Shown in pieces: positions 1-6,483 of a stretch of DNA of 64,000 nt. The stretch comes from Syntrophales bacterium (GTDB lineage Bacteria; Desulfobacterota; Syntrophia; Syntrophales; UBA4778): contig CAXXQE010000008.1 in assembly GCA_963665615.2 (NCBI GenBank), positions 434,001 to 498,000 of the forward strand, given 5' to 3'. The notes under the pieces were generated by a model. That model was given only the letters and a program-made list of their open reading frames with translations. It did not search any database and was not told the DNA's origin. Numbering within the stretch: the first letter of the stretch is position 1; each line of letters begins with the position of its first letter. The translations under genes were made by a program, and so were the position numbers.

Positions 1-1
1 C

Positions 2-103
2 GCCGTCGCCCGAACCGAGCGCGACAACGGCGGTAAGGACGACGAGGGCGCGGACGCGCCCGACATGGCCGTGGAGGAGACGGGGGACCTGTTGGAAGAA
101 TAA
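2..103 (+). CDS. 3' end of a gene entering from the left edge; acidic tail, possibly DNA gyrase subunit A
   Basis: Frame from nt 2 reads AVARTERDNGGKDDEGADAPDMAVEETGDLLEE*, followed by a terminator. 'AVAR' plus an acidic tail resembles GyrA C-termini, but only 33 aa are visible. Confidence 0.35.
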   Translation, partial: AVARTERDNGGKDDEGADAPDMAVEETGDLLEE

Positions 104-137
104 GTTTCTAGTCTCGAGTTTCGAATTTCTAGTTCAA
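103..137. repeat. Degenerate heptamer tandem repeat
   Basis: AGTTTCT-AGTCTCG-AGTTTCG-AATTTCT-AGTTCAA. Confidence 0.7.
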
Positions 138-152
138 AAGATAAGATCGCGG

Positions 153-180
153 GGGCAGGATTTTTTCCTGCCCTTTTTTT
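153..180 (+). terminator. Rho-independent terminator
   Basis: Stem GGGCAGGA/TCCTGCCC followed by a T7 tract. Confidence 0.75.
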
Positions 181-240
181 ATCGTGAACGCGAACGACCA
201 AGCGTGTATACTTATGGTGTCACGAAGAGATTAGTTTTTT

Positions 241-272
241 AGCTCTAAACGCGAGACTCGAAACCCGTAACT
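241..272. repeat. Degenerate heptamer tandem repeat, opposite orientation to 103-137
   Basis: AGCTCTA-AACGCGA-GACTCGA-AACCCGT-AACT. Confidence 0.65.
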
Positions 273-279
273 TTTTACC

Positions 280-690
280 ATGTATCATATCCTCGATCAT
301 ACGGCCGATCTTCGGATCGAAGTGACAGGCCCGACACGCAACGCGCTTTTCGAGAACTGTGCCCTGGCGGTGACCGACCTGCTGACCGATCCGAAAAAGA
401 TCGATGCCGCCCTATCGAGGCAGCTCATTGCCGAGGGGCTGGACCCGGTTGATCTCCTGATTAATTTTCTGCGCGAGGTGCTTTACCTCTTCAACGGCGA
501 AGGCTTTCTCACTAAAGCGATTCACATTTCTGATCTTTCCGACACCAGTCTCCAGGCAGACCTGATAGGCGACACGTTCGACCCGGCCCGACACGCGCTC
601 CGCACAGAGATCAAGGCCGTTACGTACCATCAGGCGTGCATTCAGCAGCGCGAGAATAAATGGATCGCGAGGGTGCTCTTCGATGTCTAA
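280..690 (+). CDS. Archease
   Basis: N-terminal DHTAD and C-terminal EIKAVTYH...FDV motifs; overlaps the rtcB start. Confidence 0.95.
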   Translation: MYHILDHTADLRIEVTGPTRNALFENCALAVTDLLTDPKKIDAALSRQLIAEGLDPVDLLINFLREVLYLFNGEGFLTKAIHISDLSDTSLQADLIGDTFDPARHALRTEIKAVTYHQACIQQRENKWIARVLFDV

Positions 691-2122
691 TCTGCGCATG
701 GAAAAAATCGATGCCTGCCGGTGGCGGATACCGGCGCAGGGGGGCATGCGGGTTCCGGGCATCATCTATACGAACGAGGACCTCCTGAAAAAGGGGGGGG
801 ACGAGAGCCCCATTCAGGTCGCCAACGTTGCCCAACTGCCGGGGATCGTCGGCCAGTCGCTGGCCATGCCGGATGTCCACTGGGGATACGGCTTTCCGAT
901 CGGCGGTGTGGCGGCCTTCGACCCCGCCGACGGCATCATCTCGCCGGGGGGCGTCGGTTACGATATCAACTGCGGCTGCCGACTGATCGCGACCAAGCTC
1001 CACTATGCCGAGATTAAAGACAACCTCGAGCGACTGGTCACCAACCTCTACCGAAACATTCCCTCCGGCGTCGGCTCAAAGGGTCCCCTGAAGCTCTCCG
1101 ATAAAGAAGAAAAAGGAGTCCTGCTAAACGGCGCCCGCTGGGCGGTTGAACACGGCTACGGTTCGCCCGCGGACCTGGACGTAACGGAAGAAGAAGGATG
1201 TCTGGCAGGCGCCGACCCCGACCTGGTCAGCGAGCGGGCCCTTGCGCGCGGGCGGGAGCAACTCGGGACGCTCGGCTCAGGCAATCATTTTCTGGAGATC
1301 GACATCGTTGAGGAGATCTTTGACCCAAAGGCCGCGGCGGCCTTCGGTCTGGAAAAAGGCCAGGTCACGGTCCTCATCCACACCGGCTCCCGGGGGCTCG
1401 GCTATCAGATCTGCGACGACTACCTGGCCCAGATGATGAAGTACACTCAGAAGAGCGGCCTTTACCTTCCGGATCGACAACTGGCCTGCGCCCATATCGA
1501 TTCGGAAGAGGGCAGGCGGTACTTCGCCGCCATGTGCAGTGCAGCCAATTACGCGTGGGCCAACCGGCAAATCATGATGCACTGGACGCGGGAAACTTTT
1601 GAACGGACGCTGCGCAGGAGTCCGCGCGATCTCGGGATGCGGCTGGTCTATGACGTCGCCCACAACATCGCCAAGTTCGAGTCCTTTCCTGTGGAGGGAA
1701 AACTGCGCCGGCTGTGCGTTCACCGCAAGGGCGCCACACGGGCCTTTCCAGCAGGACATCCGCTGGTTCCGGCCGCGTACCGCGCCGTCGGACAACCCGT
1801 TCTCATTCCCGGCGACATGGCCACCGGTTCGTATGTCATGGTCGGAACGGACAAGGCCATGGCAGAGACCTTCGGAAGCACCTGCCACGGCGCAGGCCGT
1901 GTCATGAGCCGCACGCAGGCAATCAAGGCCAGTCAGGGACGGGCGATCAAAAGTGAGATGGCGGAGCGCGGCGTACTGGTCCTGTCAACCGGAAAGGGCA
2001 CGCTGGCCGAGGAAGTCCCAGAGGCCTACAAGAACATCGACGCCGTCACCGAGGTCGTCCATCAGGCCGGCATTTCCAGAAAGGTTGCAAGGCTGAAGCC
2101 CGTCGGCTGCATCAAGGGGTAG
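683..2122 (+). CDS. rtcB: RNA-splicing/repair ligase RtcB (long, archaeal-type form)
   Basis: MPDVHWGYGFPIGG, GYDINCG, LGTLGSGNHFLE, HRKGAT, PGDM, STCHGAGR. Confidence 0.97.
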   Translation: MSNLRMEKIDACRWRIPAQGGMRVPGIIYTNEDLLKKGGDESPIQVANVAQLPGIVGQSLAMPDVHWGYGFPIGGVAAFDPADGIISPGGVGYDINCGCRLIATKLHYAEIKDNLERLVTNLYRNIPSGVGSKGPLKLSDKEEKGVLLNGARWAVEHGYGSPADLDVTEEEGCLAGADPDLVSERALARGREQLGTLGSGNHFLEIDIVEEIFDPKAAAAFGLEKGQVTVLIHTGSRGLGYQICDDYLAQMMKYTQKSGLYLPDRQLACAHIDSEEGRRYFAAMCSAANYAWANRQIMMHWTRETFERTLRRSPRDLGMRLVYDVAHNIAKFESFPVEGKLRRLCVHRKGATRAFPAGHPLVPAAYRAVGQPVLIPGDMATGSYVMVGTDKAMAETFGSTCHGAGRVMSRTQAIKASQGRAIKSEMAERGVLVLSTGKGTLAEEVPEAYKNIDAVTEVVHQAGISRKVARLKPVGCIKG

Positions 2123-2138
2123 GTCCCGCTATGCGGGA

Positions 2139-2170
2139 AGTTTCCAGTTCCGGGTTTCGAGTCTCGAGTT
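2139..2170. repeat. Degenerate heptamer tandem repeat
   Basis: AGTTTCC-AGTTCCG-GGTTTCG-AGTCTCG-AGTT; 2151-2166 is the exact reverse complement of 252-267. Confidence 0.7.
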
Positions 2171-2302
2171 ATAAAAAGATGGTCTCGGAATACTGTCATT
2201 GCGCTTGTCCTTTTCTTCTTAACCTCCTAACTTCCCAACATCTTAACGCCTATCTTTTCCGCACTTGAACCCTTGGCTGCAACATGCTATCCGTATGCCA
2301 CT

Positions 2303-3673
2303 ATGACCAAGACAGCTCAAAGCGAAACAACACTGGCCGGAACCCTGACCGACATCAAGGCGGGTAAAACGGTCCCCTGCTATCTGATTTACGGCGACGA
2401 ACCCTTTCTCGTTCAGGATGCCCAGCAGAAACTCATCGAGGCCCTTGTCCCCGAAGCGGACCGCGAACTGAATGTCTTTATCCTCGACGGAGACAAGGCC
2501 ACGCCCGGCGTTATTCATGACATGGTCCTGACCCCGCCGCTCATCCCCGGCGTCAAAGCCGTCGTGATCAAGAATCCGGATTTTCTACGGCCGGCCGGCG
2601 TCACATCGTCATCCCTGCTCAAGGCCTTAGAATTGCTTGATTCGGAGCCTGAGCGTGCCGTCAAACAGTTTATGATCTTCATCAAAAAATCGGGGTGGCA
2701 ACTGGAGGATCTTCAGGGCGACAACTGGAAGAACATCCCCGATGCGGACTGGAAGAAAGTACTTTCAGGAGAAGAGTTCGATACGCGGCAGGAGTGGTTG
2801 CCGCGGCTGATCTCGCTCTGCGACCCGTCCGCCCCCGAGCCCTCCGGTGGCCTGGACACCTTTGATCTGGAGGAACTCCTGCAACTCGGCATTCCGCCCG
2901 GCAATCATCTCATCCTGATTGCAGATAGCGTCGATCGACGCAAGGGCGTTTACAAAAAGATCGCGGAGGCTGGCGCAGTCCTCGAATTTTCAAAGGCCGC
3001 GCAGGAATCGAACCAGCGCCAGATTATGGCGGCCCTGTCGCGCGAGGCCCTGGCGGGTACAGGGAAAACCTTGTCGCCCGCGGCCCTGCGGGCGTTGGAA
3101 AAGAAGACGGGAAACGACCTCGTCAAGATGAATGCCGAGATCGCAAAGCTTGCCGCCTATACAGGCGACCGGACCTCCATTGACGAGGGGGATATCGACG
3201 CCCTGATCAGGCGCGCCAAAGAGGATTCCGTCTTTGCCCTGACCGCCGCCATTTCGGAAAGGCAGGCCGCAAAGGCGCTTGCCGTCATTCGGGATCTCCT
3301 CGACCAGGGCAACCAGCCCCTGATGATCCTCGCCATGATCGTGCGCGAGATCCGTCTGCTCACCTACGCCAAGCTCCTGCTCGCCTCCGGTAAGCTCAAA
3401 GGCTACCGCCCCGGCATGGATTATCCGCAGTTCCAGAAAAACCTGCATCCCATCGTCAAGCAGTGGGGCCAGTCCGAGGGCGGCTCGCCGGAACTCGCGC
3501 GAATGCATCCCTACGGCCTCTACAACACCCTGAAACATTCAGCGGGCTTTACATTGGACGAATGCCTCGCCTTCATGGACCGTCTGCTGGAAACCGACCT
3601 CGCCATGAAATCGACAGGGCAGGATGCGAGGATTTTGCTGGAGAGTTTACTGATTCGGCTTTGTACACGGTAA
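2303..3673 (+). CDS. holA: DNA polymerase III subunit delta, with an internal insertion
   Basis: YLIYGDEPFL, EIAKLAAY, SVFALTAAI, DLAMKSTG...LLESL; ATG 2303 chosen over TTG 2273. Confidence 0.88.
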   Translation: MTKTAQSETTLAGTLTDIKAGKTVPCYLIYGDEPFLVQDAQQKLIEALVPEADRELNVFILDGDKATPGVIHDMVLTPPLIPGVKAVVIKNPDFLRPAGVTSSSLLKALELLDSEPERAVKQFMIFIKKSGWQLEDLQGDNWKNIPDADWKKVLSGEEFDTRQEWLPRLISLCDPSAPEPSGGLDTFDLEELLQLGIPPGNHLILIADSVDRRKGVYKKIAEAGAVLEFSKAAQESNQRQIMAALSREALAGTGKTLSPAALRALEKKTGNDLVKMNAEIAKLAAYTGDRTSIDEGDIDALIRRAKEDSVFALTAAISERQAAKALAVIRDLLDQGNQPLMILAMIVREIRLLTYAKLLLASGKLKGYRPGMDYPQFQKNLHPIVKQWGQSEGGSPELARMHPYGLYNTLKHSAGFTLDECLAFMDRLLETDLAMKSTGQDARILLESLLIRLCTR

Positions 3674-3772
3674 TCAGAAAGTAACGGGCAAGACTTTTCT
3701 TTTTGCAACTTTACTTTGTGAGTGACCGCTGCGACATACTTTTAGCTTTTAAAGCACTTCATCCGCTCTAAT

Positions 3773-3801
3773 CTAATCCCGGCGATAAAGTCGCCGGGAA
3801 C
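3773..3801. repeat. 29-bp direct repeat copy 1, containing a 24-nt hairpin
   Basis: CTAATCCCGGCGATAAAGTCGCCGGGAAC; 25/29 identical to 4305-4333; TCCCGGCGA/TCGCCGGGA stem. Confidence 0.85.
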
Positions 3802-3851
3802 GAAAAAATCAGCGGGAGCGTAGCGATCGGCTGGATTGATTTTGTTAGCAA
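3795..3851 (-). mobile_element. Integron attC recombination site
   Basis: Minus strand reads TGCTAAC (R'') AAAATC AATCCAGC (L'') CGATCGCTACGCTCCC GCTGATT (L') TTTTC G|TT (R'). L'' has the extra unpaired C. The site lies about 10 bp after the ORF stop. Confidence 0.85.
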
Positions 3852-4308
3852 CTTTTGCTTTTCACTTGGGCACCGAAACATAGATTCCCCTGCATTTCGG
3901 TATATCTATATTTTTTTCTACCTCCTTCGTTTTATATGATCTTCGTTTTCCGTCATCGTCGATGAAGGAAAAAATATATGGACCAATATTTCTGTCGATA
4001 GAAGGATGTTCCTCAATAGCGTCCTGCAGAATAGCGACAAGGTTCTCTACATCCTTGCTGCATACGTCCATGCCGTTGATTTTACCGATAATTAAATACG
4101 TGTCGGAACTCTCAATAATTTGTATGGATTGTAATGACTTATCTACGGACTTTGCTTTTTTGACCGAATCCTCAAATATCTGTGCAAGCTCCGCACGGAC
4201 CGGACCAGTACCCGCGTTTGAAGTAATAGGAACGACAAGACATACAATCAACAAAAGCAAAACGATCATTCTTATCTTCATCCAGCACACTCCTTCCTGT
4301 TTTGCTAA
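3801..4308 (-). mobile_element. Integron-type gene cassette (508 bp), no integrase in the window
   Basis: Starts TTAGCAA, which complements R'' TTGCTAA(C). Then RBS, a single AT-rich ORF, and attC ending at G. Confidence 0.82.
3862..4281 (-). CDS. Hypothetical secreted protein (cassette ORF, 139 aa)
   Basis: AGGAAGGAG RBS, signal peptide MKIRMIVLLLLIVCLVVPITSNA, AT-rich codon usage. Confidence 0.75.
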   Translation of the reverse strand: MKIRMIVLLLLIVCLVVPITSNAGTGPVRAELAQIFEDSVKKAKSVDKSLQSIQIIESSDTYLIIGKINGMDVCSKDVENLVAILQDAIEEHPSIDRNIGPYIFSFIDDDGKRRSYKTKEVEKNIDIPKCRGIYVSVPK

Positions 4309-4333
4309 TCGCGTCGACTAAGTCGCCGGGAAC
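4305..4333. repeat. 29-bp direct repeat copy 2 (degenerate hairpin)
   Basis: CTAATCGCGTCGACTAAGTCGCCGGGAAC. Confidence 0.85.
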
Positions 4334-4384
4334 AAGTAATTCTATAATTTCCTTATATCACTACAATTTGAATGATCGGAGACA

Positions 4385-4540
4385 CCTTTGTAACTTGCAG
4401 GCGTTCGTTCGTTTCCGGATTTGGGCATGGGGGAAACCGAAGCGCGAGCGCGCAAGGGGTCGCGACGGCGGAGGGGGCAAGGCATCCCCTGTGGCCAAAT
4501 CCGAGAAACGACAAGCCCGAGAGCCTTGCGGGAGAAAAGG
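4385..4540. repeat. Long imperfect inverted repeat (MITE-like or structured RNA)
   Basis: TCGTTTCCGGATTTGG (4409-4424) pairs with CCAAATCCGAGAAACGA (4495-4511), with looser pairing outward. Confidence 0.6.
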
Positions 4541-4583
4541 CAACCCCGCCCGCGGCCCACTTGATCGTTAATGGGAAGAAAGG

Positions 4584-4628
4584 GCGGTTATGAAAATCGC
4601 AAGTTAAACTTCTGATTTTCATAACCGC
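4584..4628. repeat. Perfect 15-bp inverted repeat hairpin
   Basis: GCGGTTATGAAAATC ... GATTTTCATAACCGC. Confidence 0.8.
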
Positions 4629-4696
4629 ACCGGGGCCGTTACATTTCAAACATTGATGGAATTGCCAAAGGTCAAATAACGCGTCCACCACTCTTA

Positions 4697-4808
4697 CAAG
4701 AGGATTGCGGGATGGGGCTCGAACGCGAATCAAAGCTTTTTCCATCCCGACAGATCCTGCAAGATGCCACCAAACATGGCGGAAGAGAGCCGTCCCGCAA
4801 TCCTCTTG
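4697..4808. repeat. 112-bp element with perfect 16-bp terminal inverted repeats (MITE-like)
   Basis: CAAGAGGATTGCGGGA ... TCCCGCAATCCTCTTG. Confidence 0.7.
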
Positions 4809-4851
4809 CCTTTTGAATTTTTTCGAGTCCATCAACTTCAAACGCTTGAGC

Positions 4852-4878
4852 AGATTGCTTCGCTTCGCGCGCAATGAC
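4852..4878 (-). repeat. REP-like GTCATTGCG...GAAGCAATCT element
   Basis: Minus strand GTCATTGCGCGCGAAGCGAAGCAATCT; related copies at 14339 and 2195. Confidence 0.65.
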
Positions 4879-4907
4879 CGGAATATATACTTTTCACCGG
4901 ACCCCAG

Positions 4908-4942
4908 AACTTCAAACTTTAAACTCAGAACTTTAAACTGCA
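4908..4942. repeat. Heptamer tandem repeat
   Basis: AACTTCA-AACTTTA-AACTCAG-AACTTTA-AACTGCA. Confidence 0.7.
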
Positions 4943-4962
4943 CGCGAAGCGGGCAGCCTGCC

Positions 4963-5823
4963 CTATTGGTCGTCCGTCGCCGCTACCTTTTGCTGCTGCA
5001 CGCTCACGCCGATAATCGCGGCGATGATCAGCAGGCCCCCGCAGACGATCCGAAGGGACAGGGGCTCGGCAAAAAAGAAACTCCCCATGGCTGTCGCAAA
5101 GAGAATGCGCGAACAGGAGACCATTGAACCCGCCTTGGCGCTGACGTCCTTGTATCCCATGGTGAGAAAGACTTGCGCCAGCACGCCCATCAGGCCGCTT
5201 CCAAGAAGCAGAAAGAGAATTCTCAGATCGGGCATGACAAAGACAGGCGCCATGAGGATCGCATTGCAGACCGTTCCGATCGCCATGAGATAAAAAACAA
5301 TCAGAACCGTCGAATCATGCTCCCGCGCAGCAGCCAGGGAGATAACAGAAAAGGCCGCAAAGAAGCCCGAGCAAAGGCCGATCAAATCGCCGATGTTGAT
5401 ATGAGTGAAGTCCGGAAAGATGACCAGGTAGATTCCCGCCATCGCCGCGATCAGGAGAAGAGCGCCGTGCTTGTGAGCCCCTTCCAGCTTGAGCAGCGGC
5501 GCGAAAAGAAAAATGAAAACCGGATAGGTCATGTTCAGCATGTTGGCGTTGGTAACCGACCCATACTGAACCGCGTAGAAGAAGGCCACCAGGGCCAGAA
5601 AATTGAAGCCCGCCCGTGCAACGATGAGGGACACCCGATGAGGCTTAAACGAAGTGCCTGTCTTCCACATATACAGCGCGGCGATGATCATCCCAGGAAA
5701 AACCCGGCAAAAGGTGATCTCGATCGCCGGGATCGCGGACGAGGTCGTGACGAATTTCGCGAAGACCGTTGAGGCGGCAAAGCAGAACTCGGCCATAATC
5801 AGCAAGAGAATGCCCCGATTCAT
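4963..5823 (-). CDS. DMT/EamA family transporter
   Basis: 286 aa, about 10 hydrophobic segments in two EamA-like halves. Confidence 0.88.
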   Translation of the reverse strand: MNRGILLLIMAEFCFAASTVFAKFVTTSSAIPAIEITFCRVFPGMIIAALYMWKTGTSFKPHRVSLIVARAGFNFLALVAFFYAVQYGSVTNANMLNMTYPVFIFLFAPLLKLEGAHKHGALLLIAAMAGIYLVIFPDFTHINIGDLIGLCSGFFAAFSVISLAAAREHDSTVLIVFYLMAIGTVCNAILMAPVFVMPDLRILFLLLGSGLMGVLAQVFLTMGYKDVSAKAGSMVSCSRILFATAMGSFFFAEPLSLRIVCGGLLIIAAIIGVSVQQQKVAATDDQ

Positions 5824-5829
5824 CTATCC

Positions 5830-6351
5830 TTACAGCCTCCTCGCCGTGCGATCGAGCGTCCGTTTGCTTTTGGACAATTTCTTCGATGGACCCTTTTTCT
5901 TTGTCCCATGAAGCGCTGTGTCATCGTCGTCGCCGCTATCCTTGCCGCCCCAGGCGTCGGGAGCATCCGCCTGCCTCATCGTTTCCTCGAAGCGATGGGA
6001 GGGCATTACCGACACCCCACGTCGGCTGACGGCAAAGGCCAGCTCCCGATCAGAAGTCACGACCATCAGGTCCCGGCCGCCCTTCGCGGCAATGCGCCGG
6101 ATGACATCGTCCGCCTTTTCACCTTGGCGCGAGAAGACAACGGTGATCGACCCCTCGCGGGTCCGCTCCTCTATGGGCGACCCCGTATCCCAGCCGTCGA
6201 AAACGACCGTGATCGCATGGCCCCGCGCCTTCTTGAAGGCCGACAACGCCTCAAGCAGGCGTTTGCGCCCCGCCTCGAGGCCGACTCGCTCCGCCTGCCG
6301 CAAGAACTCCGATTGCCGGATCAAATTGTATCCGTCGATCACAAGATGCAT
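5830..6351 (-). CDS. NYN-domain ribonuclease (YacP/Rae1-like)
   Basis: IDGYNLI, VVFDG, ADDVI, VVTSDREL. Confidence 0.9.
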   Translation of the reverse strand: MHLVIDGYNLIRQSEFLRQAERVGLEAGRKRLLEALSAFKKARGHAITVVFDGWDTGSPIEERTREGSITVVFSRQGEKADDVIRRIAAKGGRDLMVVTSDRELAFAVSRRGVSVMPSHRFEETMRQADAPDAWGGKDSGDDDDTALHGTKKKGPSKKLSKSKRTLDRTARRL

Positions 6352-6483
6352 CGCGTCTCAATCCACTTCATTTTGCCGACAATTTGTGTTAGGAATGCCG
6401 GTTAAGCGCATCGCTATCTGACCATATACCAGATGGGGCTGAAAGAAAAACGCTTTTCACTCTCTGCCGGAAGGAACCGGGGC

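Noticed and set aside
3773..4333. Two 29-bp palindromic repeats considered as a CRISPR array
   Set aside because: Only two copies, about 500 bp apart with a gene between them, and no cas genes.
4353..4943. 196-aa minus-strand ORF considered as a possible integrase
   Set aside because: No tyrosine recombinase motifs; it is a read-through of heptamer, REP and hairpin repeats.
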